A stretch of DNA of 64,000 bases, counting the filler, from Basidiobolus ranarum (Eukaryota): assembly GCA_040143965.1 (NCBI GenBank). It is 22 parts of 22 records of this genome, joined end to end, with 100 filler letters (N's around TTAATTAATTAA, not from the genome) between each part and the next. Parts side by side here need not be neighbours in the genome. Positions count along the whole stretch, not along the records: positions 23,416 to 26,238 come from JASJQH010002948.1; positions 26,339 to 29,159 come from JASJQH010002949.1; positions 29,260 to 32,080 come from JASJQH010002950.1; positions 32,181 to 35,000 come from JASJQH010002951.1; positions 35,101 to 37,920 come from JASJQH010002952.1; positions 38,021 to 40,839 come from JASJQH010002953.1; 16 more parts are not named here. One strand, 5' to 3'. Made by a program: the position numbers and the translations under genes. Under the pieces are notes generated by a model that was given only the letters and a program-made list of their open reading frames with translations, did no database searches and was not told the DNA's origin. Shown one piece after another: positions 25,124-39,099 of the stretch. Positions within the stretch are counted from its first letter, which is position 1. The number at the start of each line of letters is the position of its first letter.

Positions 25124-26238
25124 TTAGAATTGCTTCTCATCTGAGGCTAATGCCTTTTCAGCAGCACGTTGATTCTTGATTTCATCATCAAGACGATCAT
25201 AATGTTTGAATGTGAACCAGAACAGAATTCCGACCACGGTACAGGCGATACCAACTCCACCATACATCCAAGTGAGATAAGGATCTTGAGAAACGGGTGC
25301 CAAGAAAATACCGATAAGTGCAGAGATGGCATTGGGTAAGAGTGAGAGCGCGGATACCATGCCCTTGAGTGAATCGGGTGCGTGTGTGTAAGAATATTCG
25401 AGAGATGTAATACTGGCGAAAACTTCTGAAAGTGCAATAAGGAAATAAGCAGGGATCTGCCACCATACACTAATAAGTGGCTCGCCAGCATCTTTACGAC
25501 GGTAGATTTCATTTTGGACTAGAGCTGAGGAAAGCATAGCAAGTGCTCCAAGCATGAAACCAATGGTAATACGGACCATGGGACGAGGGCTCTTGTTAAC
25601 TTTACGAAGGGCAGGGTAGACAAGGGTATCCATAATGGGAATGAAGATAACAATACAGATGGGGTTAATGTTGGTGATAATGTCGTTAGGAACGCCATCT
25701 GGTAGGTACATAACAGCGGCCTGGGAGATCAAATTTGAAGTGATTTGATTATAAGCAATCCAGTAGACACACATGGGAACAAAAATCTTACAAGCCATGA
25801 AGGTTTGCTTGATATCATCGACGAAACGATCGTCCCATCGACGCTGAGATTTCTCTTCTTCAGTCTCAGCAGGAACATTTGGACAGCTAGTTTTAGCAGC
25901 ATCTAAAGTATACTGCAACTTTTGAGTTGCCTTGGCAGCACGCTTACGAGCATACATGTACCAGCGATAGACCTTGACAATTGCAGAGTCGCCTCTGGGA
26001 GGGACTTTGGTGTAGAGTTTGTTTCCGGAGTAGAAAACGATGATGGCAAACGCAAACATGACAGTAGGAATAAGATAGGCTAACCAGAAACCAACATTGA
26101 GGGCAATTAGAGGAGTGATGACTCCACCAATTGTGGATCCGACGTTAATGGCCCAGTAGAACCAATTGTACAGATGTTGAGTATTCAATTCGGGGTCGAC
26201 TACCCCCCGCGCCCCTTTGATAACACGAATTTCAGGTT
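25124..26238 (-). CDS. Proton-dependent oligopeptide transporter (POT/PTR2 family), N-terminus missing
   Basis: Signature FYWAINVGS plus WWQIPAYFLIALSEVFASITSLEYSYTHAP and multiple TM segments. The frame is open to the contig edge. Confidence 0.93.
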
Positions 26239-26338
26239 NNNNNNNNNNNNNNNNNNNNNNNNNNNNNNNNNNNNNNNNNNNNTTAATTAATTAANNNNNN
26301 NNNNNNNNNNNNNNNNNNNNNNNNNNNNNNNNNNNNNN

Positions 26339-27091
26339 ATAGCTTTATCCAATTCACATGCTTACCCATAGTTTCAATCAAATTCATCTGAATTGAGAAT
26401 TATTGTCAACTTAGATATAGCCTGCATGCCAGCCTTTTTGTCTCATTCAGTCTCTCAAATGTTTTCCAAGCAGTTTAGAAGATATCAGGGGAGTGGATGG
26501 GCCTGAATTGAGAGTCTCTGATTTATAAACCACAGATAGAGCACTTTGCCCTGTTTCTTGTAAAAGACAAGGATAAATTCTGATGGTCCCTTTTGCTCTA
26601 TTTCATCTCTTGAAACAAATCCCCAAAGATCCTTGTCACCTAGCACCATTTGTTTCTTGATCTTCCAAAGATGGAAGTCTTCCCATCAAGGAGTTGCCCT
26701 GGCAGATAATCCTTTTATAGCTTACTTTGGGTCCATAACCTGATAAAAGTGTTTGATGCATTTGGAAGTGTTTTTGACAAGAATAGGATTTGTGAATTTG
26801 ACCCTTAAGTTTTGATGATTTGAGTATATTCAATATATAATTTAAAATGAACTGGGACCATTGGATGTGCTTAGATCATAAATGACATGACTGCAAAGCA
26901 TGGATGAATTGATTTTGTCATTTTTAGGAGTTTTGAGAAAATTGTTTAAGTTGATACAGGGATCTAATTGATATTTCTATCCATTAAGGCAATAAACAAA
27001 CATTTTTTAATTCCAGAAATGAGTGCTATATAATGTGAATATCAATAAACTCACTACCAAGAAATCAGTTGCTATTTACCAAATTTCAACA
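26339..27091 (-). mobile_element. Copia family A LTR, PBS and gag remnant
   Basis: LTR ~26741-27091, degenerate PBS (GGGTCCATAACC on +) and gag remnant. Confidence 0.85.
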
Positions 27092-28585
27092 TGATGCAGC
27101 TACTATTCAACCATATTTGAATACTGCTTACTTGGCTGTATAGTCAAAAATTTATATGAATGAGCCATATAAGATATGATCAAAGTTTGAGTCCATTGGG
27201 AAAATGCTTGAAAGCATTAAGACAGCATCATATTTTACCAGGACTCCAATCAGTATCCACTCATCTAGGCAATTGTTTAAATGAAAAAACAGGAAGTATT
27301 TGATTTTAATGTATAATAGTGGAACCTTCAACAAACTTCTGCCTGATATGTACAGGCAATGTTGTGAGTTGTTTGTGGATATTGTTAATATATTCTTACA
27401 GAATCAACTCACAGAGACAAATCTCAAGCAGATACAGCAATGGTGTAAAGATTTTGTATTTGGATATGAGATACTTTGTTTCATTTAAAGAAGACAGACT
27501 AAATATATGCAAGTATTCTTTAAACCTCCTAATGCATCTTTCACAATACCTACATATTTGAAGTCCTTGCTATAAATTCTGACAGTTTCTAAAGCAGTGT
27601 ACCTGGGATGCAATGATGTTTCAAGTGAAATTGTCAGTATTACTATATACTAAACTGAGCAACAATGTTTCAGCAAAATGATTGAAGAATGTGATACAAT
27701 AGGTTAAGGAGACTCCAGAGTATATTAACCTTCCAACAAATGGTTCTTTTGAATGTGCTCATGGGTTTTTGCATTGTTTGAGCACAGAAACAGCAAAAAT
27801 AACTAATATATGGATACAAAGTAAGTACCTCTATAATTTGGACTAATTTGTTTGAGGCATAATCTGATGGTTTTTCTAAGAAAGATGCAAGATAGACTTC
27901 TTAGTGATAGAGAGCAAGATTAAAAGTATTATTGCTTTAGCCATGGGGTGTTCAATTTAAGTAATGACAAATCTACTTGTGGCCAGAAATTTGTTGACTG
28001 CAGGTTGCGGATATTTTGTATGGATACTTGCCAAAATCCAGGAGCTTATTCATATTGTGAATGGTAACAAGAGTCAGCTATTTGCCAAGTGTCAGTGCTA
28101 TTCAAAAATTTCAGATGTCTAGCAATTTTTCCACCATTAGTTTCCTGATAAAGCATATTTATGTTGTTGAGTTATGTCTGTTCAGTCAACTATATGAGTA
28201 TGTAGAGACTAAACAAAACAAGATTCTTGTACTATATAATTTGCATTATGGCTGAAATATCAAAATAAAGGCATGCATGATAATTCAAATTCTTCCAGCT
28301 GTAAGCCTAGTAATTTGCCTTTCAAAAATTGGTTTTTTCCAAATATTTTGGGAAATTAAATAATGCATGCTAAATATGAGGTACAAAACTTGACCATGTA
28401 CAATCACCATCATATTGCCATTAGGAAGCTGCCATCAAACCATGACAATATCTGGCAGAATACAAGCCATCAATATTGTGATACCTCTCTGCTGCTTTGG
28501 TACTTCACAGCATTGATAAGATCTCACTCAAATCAATTTTATTTTTGTCATGGAGCAATCTTAGATAAATATCAGTTTAGTACAT
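27092..28585 (+). mobile_element. Decayed CMC/EnSpm transposase 3' part and downstream region
   Basis: Homologous to 44520-45930. Confidence 0.7.
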
Positions 28586-28589
28586 TATA

Positions 28590-28891
28590 CTTTTGAAAAT
28601 AGGTAAATAGCAACTTCAATATTTAGTAGTCAGTTTATTCATGTTCTGATTATTAAGCCCACAATTATGCCATTCAAAAATTTGTGTTTATTGCTCCAAT
28701 TGATATAAACTGCACATAGGTATTTTTCATCAATTTCTCCATTTTCTCAAAACTGCTCCAAATCAACTGAAATTGTGACATGTCTAATTCACCAATCCAA
28801 ATCTTGTCCAAAACACTTCTAAATCCACTAAACACTTTTATCAGGTTATGAGTCTCAAGCTATCTGTTAAAGGAATGTCTACCAGTACTAT
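28590..28891 (+). mobile_element. Internally deleted copia A LTR, PBS and gag start
   Basis: ...CACTTTTATCA followed by GGTTATGAGTCTC and GGAATGTCTACC. Confidence 0.8.
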
Positions 28892-29259
28892 AGACTTGTT
28901 CCATCGGACCAGGTCAGATTGTGCTGCTCAATCCAGCTTGCTAGTACACCATCTGGCATGATCTGTCAATTACCATGGCTGGGTCCTATAACACTCGATT
29001 GGACACTATAAGGAACAATATGGCACTATCCCATCACAATTGGACACAATGATTTTTTTGGAGATATTGTGCCAGCCCGTACCAAGTTACCCAATTTAGT
29101 ATTGCCAAATTACAATTTTGGGTAACTGACAAAGTAAGTTCATCCCCTAGTTTGTAACTNNNNNNNNNNNNNNNNNNNNNNNNNNNNNNNNNNNNNNNNN
29201 NNNTTAATTAATTAANNNNNNNNNNNNNNNNNNNNNNNNNNNNNNNNNNNNNNNNNNNN

Positions 29260-31318
29260 ATAAAGAATTCAGCCAAAATATTTCCAACTTGTATGCAACA
29301 AATGTCTTGCCACAAGTAGATATGTCATTGCTGGAATAGATTACCCCATGGCTAAAATAATAATATTGCATATCTTGATCTATCTCACCAAGAAGTCTGT
29401 CTTGCAGCTTTCCTAAAAATACCATTAGATTATCGCACAATCAATTTAGTCCAAATTATAGAAGTACTTACTCTTTATCCATGGATTGTGCTTTGCTGCT
29501 GTTATTGTGCTCAAACAATGCAAAAACCCATGAGCACATTGAAAAGAGCCCTTTGTTGGAAGGTTAATATACTCTGGAGTCTCCTTAGCCCATTACATTA
29601 CATCCATCACTGATTTTGTTGATACATTGTTAATCAGATTAGCATTAGGTAATACTGACAGTTTCACTCGGAACATCATTTCACCACAGGTGCACTCCAT
29701 TGGGAACTCCCAGAATTTATAGCAAGGGCCTATAAGCTCTAAGCATTGAATAGATGCAGCAGGGAATATATTGAATACAGGCATAGATTTGGCCTATTTT
29801 TTTTAAACCTATAAGAAAGTTTTTCATATCCAATTACAAAATCTTTGCAGAGTTGCTGTATCTGCCTGAGATCTGCCAATGTGAGTTGATGCCATTGCTG
29901 AGTAAATAGCATCAGAATGTTCTTCAATAGTAAGTGCAGAGTGCCTAAAGGGAAGCTCTGGCTCCAGCTGATCTCCTGCAGCAATATAATGTTAGGGTTA
30001 TAGCTAATACCAAGTTTGATATTAGAATGGCTACTTGGTGAATTGATATCAGGGATCATGTTAAAATTTGACTAGCTCTTGACAGTAAAATCATGAAGTT
30101 TAGTGTTCTATTTGGAATGTAGTAATGTGGATGCCTGATAGAGTAGACTCCATTAATTCAACAAAATCTACAGCAAGATAGGGCATTGTGCCCAAAAATC
30201 CTCCAAGCTTGCTGATGGCAGGAGTGTCACCAATATACATAATGATATTAACTTCAATAAAATATTCACCCATCTGAACCCCATTAAACAACTATTCTAA
30301 TTCTGCACTCAAAGGCTCCAAGAAGCTATCTATAAGCACTGGTGATTTAGGCCAAGATATGATGTATAGAGTCAAAATATTATGACTGTGATACAGGTCC
30401 AAAGGACAAAGATTTAAGTTACTTAAGATTATTGGACAGCAAGCCTTTCAAATGGCATATTTGTTGAGCACAAAACTTCCAGAGCCAATGCAAATGCATG
30501 AATGTACATTTTCTCAAAGAAACCTTGACTTTTCAGATTCTAATAGTGATATCCTTCCATTATACTTGTAAGACCATCAGCTTTGTGGTGAGTACTTTGA
30601 TATTGGATCCATGATCTATATTTGGGTGATTGCATCAAAACTTTAAGTTGGGTAATCAATGATATGTAAGCTAAATGTGAGCAATATTTACCTGACTCAG
30701 TGATTGCCAATTGTGTGTAAGCAGTTCATGACTTCACATTTTTCAGATCATTGGTGAAAGCTAAATAACCGCTCTGACAGGAAGGTGGTTTAATTTCTGA
30801 AGGATTATAAGTCATACAATTCACAAGTGTTTTCCACTTGTACCATGTCGGTGGTAAGAAACAGTTGCCAGTCAAATGTGGTAAAAGTGTAAGAAAACCA
30901 ACAAACACCTGGTTGCTAAGATTGGATTGAACTCTCCACTCCTCAATAATCAAAGCTGATTCCTTCACAGTAAGTGTTAAGAGTGGAATAATGCTTGCCA
31001 ATAACAAACAGTCTGTAACAAAACTGTTGTCTTCTTCTTCAACTTCTGAAATACTAACATCAGTACTGGAATAACCAAGGTTAACATCTAGCAGCATGGC
31101 CTCACAGTTGTCTGCACTTAATGGCTCAACCAAAGTTACATTCATATCTACATCATTCTGGTCATATAACTGTGTTAACTCCATGTTATCTTGACTTTTG
31201 GCAGTGTTACCAAAACTTTAAGGCAAAATACAGTCAGTGGACTCAGTGGGCTAAACTAAAGTTGATTTTGTGCACTGATTACTGTTAATATTTTCCAGGC
31301 TTTGTGCAGCAGTTGGCT
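29260..31318 (-). mobile_element. Decayed CMC/EnSpm transposase
   Basis: IGDTPAISKLGGF, FPLGTLHLL, GPCYKFWEFPMECTCG. Confidence 0.78.
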
Positions 31319-32080
31319 CCCCAACAGAAATTTGAGGATTATTATTGTAGGAAAACCATCATAATTTGAATCCATTTGGGATTGACCACTTACTTACCAT
31401 CATAAAATTGTCAAGTTAGATTTGATTTCAATCAATTTTTTCAGTTTCAGGAGTGAAATTTCAAGATCTCACAAAATAGTTGCCCACAATTGGCTAACAT
31501 CTCAGAGAAATATGGAGCAACACATGTGCAAAAAATATAACTCAAATTTTACACATTTACCACTCAAACCCTAATTTGTCACCTACAAAATCCCTAGTCT
31601 CTTTGATATATTCTCCCAAATATTTTTATAGAGTTCTTCATACCCAAGGTTTAGCTCATACCTAACACAAGTTTGTGTCAATATCTACATCAAAGCCCAC
31701 CATTGTATTAACATTGCTGAATCAACATTTTTCCAGCTATCTGGTGGATACCCTGCAATGTTGTGCCACTCTGTATTAAGTTCTTCTCAGATATCTTCAT
31801 GGTCAACACCAGACTGAATGTCAAGTTGAATGTTCTTCTTCTGAAGCCACTTTCTGCATACTTGCACTGCATTTTCCCTTACTACTTTTGCAAATACTTC
31901 TCAAGCACTTTGACTATTTTTGTACATCCTTGTAGTGTGACACTACTGAGGGTGCTTTGCTGTGTTTGTGTGGCTTTTTGCTTGCCTTTACCTTTAGGAC
32001 TATTTTCAACACTTTGAAAAGTACCAGTTGTGATTGGAGAGCCATGAGTTTTATTTGCTGGTGGTTTAGCTTGTTGAGAT
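31319..32080 (-). mobile_element. CCC-terminus transposon segment with decayed ORF
   Basis: Copy of 48593-49350. Confidence 0.75.
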
Positions 32081-32552
32081 NNNNNNNNNNNNNNNNNNNN
32101 NNNNNNNNNNNNNNNNNNNNNNNNTTAATTAATTAANNNNNNNNNNNNNNNNNNNNNNNNNNNNNNNNNNNNNNNNNNNNATTTGTCTCAATTGAGAGTC
32201 TCCAGGATTTACACATCCCTAAAGAACAACTTCCTCTGCTTCTTGCAAAAGGCAAGGATTGTCATGATTCTGTTCTTGGCATTCTTATCCAATGAAACTG
32301 GAATTCTTGTGTTATCAAAATATGAATTTGTAGCTACTGTGCCATCATTTCTTGGCAACCTTGTACTAGTTCTTCCGGGTGACTTTACATGAAAGGCATG
32401 TTCTTTGGTATATTCTGCAAAACCGGACCAATCATATCATCCCATGAATGGTATGTTTCCACCAAGAGCATCCATGGAAGGTCTCCTGATCTTACTTACA
32501 TCATTCCACTTCATAGTGGACCTTGTAGTCCCCAACATCCAATCAGAAGAAC

Positions 32553-35000
32553 TGATACAAGTGTTTAGGGGATTTGCAAGTGTTTTAGACAAGATTTGGA
32601 ATTGTGAGTTAGACATTGTGGTTTTATTGAATAGAATATGTCCTGTTTCTAGTTTAGTATGAAATAGGACAATTGGATGTGCTTAGATCATAACAAACAT
32701 GCTTGTTAAATGTGGGTGACAATTTGAGGTGATTTGGAGAAGTTTGAGAAAATAGTGAAAATTGGTAAAAGGGGTCTAACTGATATTTCTATCAATTAGA
32801 GCAATAAACACACATTTTGAATGACAGAATTGAGTGCTAAATAATCAGAATATGAATAAACTAACTACTAAATAAAGAGCTGCTATTGCCCTAATTTCAA
32901 CATTCCCACTCAACTAATTATTTTGTATTTCTTGTACACCTAACTTTTATCTTAACAAATCAAATTGTGCTTTTGCTAATGGTTTGGTTAACATGTCATC
33001 AATCATTTCTTCAGTAGGGCAATCAACAAGTTCAATTAGATAATTTGCAATTGTTTCTCTAACACAATGATACCTAATATCTATTTGTATTATTCTAGCA
33101 TGAAATGTAGGGCTATTAGCTAAAGAAATACAACTTTGAATATCTTCAAAGACAGCATTAGCATGTTCTTACATGTATCCTAAGTCTGTAAGTAACTTCC
33201 TTAACCATATAGCTTATTGTATAATAGCAGATGTAGCCATATACCCTGTTTCTGTAGTGGAAAGTGCTATGGTTGGTTGCTTGATATTCCAAGTTATGGC
33301 TCCATTACCATAGAGAAAAGTGTACCCAGTTGTTGATCTTCTATAAACAAGGTTTCTTCCCCAATCTGCATCACTGTAGCCTTTCAAATTTTTTGCAGCA
33401 GGAGTGGCGGATTATTCCAGAACTAGCTCCACAGTTCCTCCCAAATATCTCAATATCTGTTGTACTGCAGTTTTATGCTCAGATCCTAGATTTTGGAGAT
33501 ATTGGCTGACAGTTGCCTCAACCTCAATAATGTCTGGACATGTTCCAACCATTGTACACATTAAACTACCCACCATGGATTGATAAGGGAACTCCTGGCC
33601 TTGATTTGGGTCATTTTGGGCCAAATCAGATGCTATTTTGACTGATTTCACATTGGGATCCATTGGTGTTGATACAGGCTTGCTATTCTCCATGTTAAGG
33701 CATTTTAGGATGTCTAGGATGTATCAAGACTGATTCAGCATTACTTTCTGATTGGGTTTAAATCTCTTGATTTGAATTCCAAACAAATAACTCAGTTCAC
33801 CCTTATGAATCAGCTGAAATAGGTTTGATAATCTTCTTTTTGTCTGAATAAATGATTCTAGATTAGTCATCCACATCAGGTGCCAACATAAGTATCCTAT
33901 TTCAGTTGTTTTGATGTAAATGCTGTGATCTTCTGTGCATTCTTGGAATCCTGGTGAATCCAAAACAGTATCTTTCTTGTTGTACCATGCCCTGGGTGCT
34001 TGCTTAAGTCTTTATAGCAATTTATGCAGCTAACCGATAATACCAGGGCTTTTTGAGTCAACAAATCCATCTGGTTGCAACATATCAATCTCTTCTTATA
34101 GATTTCCATTCAGAAAGGCTACTTTTACATCAATTTGATGTAAATCAAGGTTACAGATGGCTGCCAGTGCCAGGATTGATCTAATTGAGCTACACTTAGC
34201 TACTGGAGCAAAAGCTTCATTGAAATTAACTCCTGGAATCAGGGAATACCTTTTTACAACAAATCTTGCTTTGTACCTTTCAATGGTTCCATCAACTTGA
34301 TTTTGACTTTGTAGACTGATTTTCAACCTGTTGGCATTCTCCCTGAAGATAGGGCACTCAAAACCCACACTTTATTGTCTTGAAATTAAGAAAACTCATG
34401 AGACCTTGCTTTTTCCCTTAATTATGCTTCTGGACCCTTTAGAGCTTAAACTAGAGTCTGTGGTTGGTCACAACATGTGACAAAAGCATATACATCATCA
34501 TTGGAAGTGTTTCACCAGTTTCTGGCTTACTACTCCTTTGGGATGATCTTCTGGGTCCTGAATCATCCTCTGATGAAATTGGGACTAGAATTTTGATTAA
34601 CCAGGACCCAGATACAGCTGGAATTTTATCAGACACTTTCTGAACAGTGCTGATGGTGTTTTATGGATCAAGATCTGTGATTTGATATTAAAAAGCTGCT
34701 TTTTCATCAAAAAATCACATCTTGGCACTTAATTAACCTCTGATTTTTGGTATCAAAAAGTTTGTAGGCCTTAGATCCTTACCAGTGACCAGGAAACATG
34801 CATTTTCTGCTTTTGGGTTCCAATTAAGAGCATTTTTAAGCTGGAATTTGGTAATATGTTGTGCAACCACAGATCCTGAGATGATCCACACTTGGTTTTG
34901 ATTCACACAGGGCTTCAAATGGAGTAGATTTTTGTAGCAATCTTGTTGGGCATCAGTTTTTGATATAGATTGCAGTGGAGACAGATTCTGCCAAATATTG
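32553..35000 (-). mobile_element. Copia family A 3' half with PPT and complete 3' LTR (32553-32902)
   Basis: ERYKARFVVKRYS, HQIDVKVAFLNG and RNase H remnants; PPT at 32903-32911. Confidence 0.92.
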
Positions 35001-35100
35001 NNNNNNNNNNNNNNNNNNNNNNNNNNNNNNNNNNNNNNNNNNNNTTAATTAATTAANNNNNNNNNNNNNNNNNNNNNNNNNNNNNNNNNNNNNNNNNNNN

Positions 35101-37125
35101 AGAACCAAGTCATGATTCTTTCCTTCTTGAATGGCTTGGTTGATGGGGCAAATATGGAGGCAAACTTCTTAACAAATCTTTTGCAATAGGAAACTAAGCC
35201 TAAGAATGGCCTGAATTCTGATAGAGCAGTTGGCTGCTTCCATTTCTGAATTACTTCAACTTTTCTGGGATTCATGGCTTTTTCCAAACTCTGAATGATA
35301 TGTTTGGAAATTCAACTTGGTGCTTCAAGAATTCCCATCTGCAGAGTTTTCAACAGAGTTGGTTTGCTTGGAGTGTCTTGAAGACTCTGCTCACATGTAG
35401 TACATATTCTTCCTGATTCTCACTATAGATTGGGAAGTCAACTAAGTAAGTAATGACAAGCTTGTTGAAATAGTTGGCAAAGAATCTCTGTATAAATGTG
35501 ATAAATGTAGCCAGTACACTAGTCTATCTGAAGCTCATCTTAAGATAGTCTTGGAGTTCATTTGATGACCTAAAGGCAGTTTTGTGTATAATGTCTGGTT
35601 TCATTAGAACTTGATTGTAGCCTTATATAAGATCAATTTTGCTAAAAATTTAGCTCCAAAGTGACTTATTTCAATCCTCTCTAGTCAACCCACTCTCTCA
35701 CAGATCCATCTTTATTCTTGAAAAACAAGACTGGTGCCCTTTTGGTGGCCAAGAGTTGTTTTATCTGTTTGTCTACTTCCTGTAGCTTCAAGGGAATCAT
35801 GCAGCAGGGCACTTTGCTTGCAGAAGCACTATGTCCTGAATCAGTTGCATGGTCTACTTCTCTAGTAAGTGGAAGCACTACCAGTTCTGCTGGAAATACA
35901 TCCTGATATTACAATAATACTTTGGTCATTGCAGTTAGTATATCCTATGACTCCTTGTCCTTCAATACAGTAATTAGAAACATGACTTGATTCTTTATGA
36001 TAGCTTGGCTGTATTGACTCTGACTAGCTCATAACTCATTCTTCTGGTAGGTCTTGATTGAATTATACTCCGCTTAGGCTGGGGTAAGCTGCTAAGTCTT
36101 GCCTTCTTTTGGTATGTTAGTATCATTGGCTCTCAAGTCAATATTTGGATTGTGCTAGAATGGTCAAGTATTTTCTAGCACTGAGGCATATTTACTGCTT
36201 TCTCACAAGTAGGCTTGTTGGTATATTTCTATGAAGTCTGCAAGGGGCTTGTGAGTTGATTTATAGAGCATGCTGTTCCGTCTACAGTTGAGACTATGGT
36301 GGTTGAGATAGTCTCAGTGGATTCTAGCTTTGTTAGGGAATTGGGAAAATATGTACTCTTGTAATGCTCGTAAGACAAGCATGATTCTGGTTGTAGTCCT
36401 ATTTGAAGCTTCATTGAGATAGAGTAGTCTTCCAGAGTTCTCATCCACATTGAAAAGAGGTTCCACAGTTTGTTGTAAAGTGGCCTCCACTTCTTCATCC
36501 AGATTTCTGTCTGACTCTTCCATTGTCTCAACAATGCTGAATATACTATTACTTCTCCTTGACTTTCTCTTTGGTTAACAACTAGCATAATGCCCCTTCT
36601 GATTGTATGTGTAGCACCATAGTCTTTGCTCACATTCTTCAGTAACAAGCCCTCCACTAGTGGAATCAATCTTCATGTGAGTTCTATCTATTGGTTTCCA
36701 GGGTAACCTAGATGCTACCTGTTCTCCATACTATATGGTCTTCCTTCCCCCTACAGTATGTATCATAAGTGTACCCAATCTTAATTGCCTGTTCTAAGTT
36801 GTCTGAGACTTGGTTCTTTACTTCTGTCTTGGTTCTTCCTTCAAATCCTTCAACAAAGTATTGCACTTGGTCTAGCTGATGCATAATAGTCATTGGGCTC
36901 AGCAAACCACTGAGCTGGTAGATTTTTCCTGCCCAGACTTTACTTGCTTCATTGATGAAAGTTTCCTTCTCAGTAGTTGATGCTAATGTAGTTATTTAAA
37001 GGCATCTTGAATCTCTTGGATAAGCAGTTCCCCAGTAGGAAATGATGCTGGCTCTCCTGTTGCAGCTGCTCAAGATCTATTATGATACCACTCAATGGCT
37101 GCATGTTAAGATTAGGTTAATCACA
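35101..37125 (-). mobile_element. Heavily decayed Ty3/gypsy (gag, protease, RT)
   Basis: YFVEGFEGRTKTEV..LEQAIKI (gag), APVLFFKNKDGS and FLGLVSYCKRFVK (RT). Homologous copy at ~39100-40280 (+). Confidence 0.8.
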
Positions 37126-37129
37126 ATTC

Positions 37130-37920
37130 ATTATGGGTAGATAGTTTGTTCATATTGTGATCATTTAGCACTCAACTCTGACATTCACAGAGTGTGTGTT
37201 TATTGCTCTAATGGATAGATACATCCATAAGGTCACTTTTACCAATTTTCACCATTTTCTCAAAACTTCTACAAATCACCTGAAATTCTCACCCATGCTT
37301 TGCTGCCATGTTTTTTACAACTTAAACTCCTCCAGTCATAATGTTTACCAGTAGAATATAAGTAGGACAAAATATATTTAATAAGTCATCAGTATCTGAT
37401 TTATATATGGTTGAATATATGGTATACATCACAGACAGCCATTTGCAAGTGCAAGAGAGATCAAACCCACTCACAACCTGGCCCCAATTTATTTTGATAT
37501 ATGTGGGTCTATAAAAAATGTCTAACTAGGTGGCAAAAGGTACTCTATGCTCTTCATTGATGACAAAACAAGTTATACTTGGATATTCTTTCTCAACTCA
37601 TGATGCCTTAGCTATGTTCAGGCACTACAAAGCAATGGCAGATGAGATACAAGAATAAAAGCAAGGAAATCAGGATTGATGATCATGGAGAATACTGCTC
37701 TACAGACTTTGCTTTGTGTTACTCTCATCATGGAGTTAAGAACCATACTACTCTACCATATTCTCTGTTGCAAAATGAAGTTGCAGAACATGCTAATAGG
37801 ACCATGGTAGAGAAATTCAAGAGCTGCTATATGTGATCAAAGGTGTATTATCAATACTGGGCTGAATCTTTCTCCACAGCAGTCTATATCAAAAATTGAT
37901 GCCCAACAAGAAAGTTACAT
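37130..37920 (+). mobile_element. Copia A LTR fragment and integrase remnant
   Basis: DHGEYCS..QNEVAEHANRTMVE. Confidence 0.75.
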
Positions 37921-38020
37921 NNNNNNNNNNNNNNNNNNNNNNNNNNNNNNNNNNNNNNNNNNNNTTAATTAATTAANNNNNNNNNNNNNNNNNNNNNNNN
38001 NNNNNNNNNNNNNNNNNNNN

Positions 38021-38572
38021 ACAAGTTCAAGTATGTCATTCTCTATTGCTCCTCTAACAAAATGATGCTAACTATCTATGTATTTTGTTTTAGCATAAAA
38101 TGTAGGGTTTTTAGCTAATGAAATACTACTTTGACTATCTTCAAGAACAGTGGTAGCATATTTTTGCATGTATCCAAAGTCAGTGAATAACTTTCTTAAC
38201 CACATAGTTTCTTGAGTAATAGCAGAGGTGGCCATGTACTCTGCTTCTGTAGTGGAAAGTGCTACAGTTGGTAGCTTCTTACTACTGCAGTTTATGACTC
38301 TGTAACCATATAGAAAAGTGTACCCAGTTGTTAACCTTCTATCATTAAGGCCTCTTCCTCAATGTGCATCACAGTATCTTCAAATTCCATGCATCAGGAG
38401 TGCCAGAGTATTTCTGAATTAGATCTACAGTTCATAAAAGTGATCTACATCATATTGCTATCATATATAGCAATAAACACATATTTTTGAATGGGAAAAT
38501 TGCAAACTACATGACCAAAATATGAATAAACTAACTACTAAATAATGAGTTGCCATTTACCTAATTTCATCA
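38021..38572 (-). mobile_element. Copia A RNase H remnant and partial LTR
   Basis: ALSTTEAEYMA; LTR 5' part at ~38445-38572. Confidence 0.8.
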
Positions 38573-39099
38573 AGTTATCTGGGCATTAATCAGTCTTGGT
38601 CAGCAGTTTTATGATGTTGCTGTTGTGATCAGTTCTTAGATCTTATTCCTTGAATGTTCACCTAATTGAATACCTTTTCTCCAGGTAGGTCACATCATAA
38701 TACTAACTTTGCCACCTTAACACATATCCACTGATTGCTGTGTTGACCCTGGATGTCTCAGCTTAGGATAACACCATCCCATCATGTTATCACTATATCC
38801 TGATATGGCAAGTGTATTACTAATCAGTGGATGAGTCATTACCTATCTGAGCTATACATTTCATTATTAATAGAGCAGCCCCTCTCTCAAAAAACTTTAA
38901 TCTAGCTTTAGTAACTACAAAACCAGCTTATGTATTGCTAAATAGTTCTTAGCTACTAAAAAATTATAATAATGCTAACAGCAAGAACCTACTTCTGCAG
39001 CATTTGAGCCAGCCGCAGCAAAGAACTGCTAATGCTACCGGAACATACCGGACCTTAAGTCAACCCTAAACCTAAAGAATTGAAAGCAAGAACCAGGAC

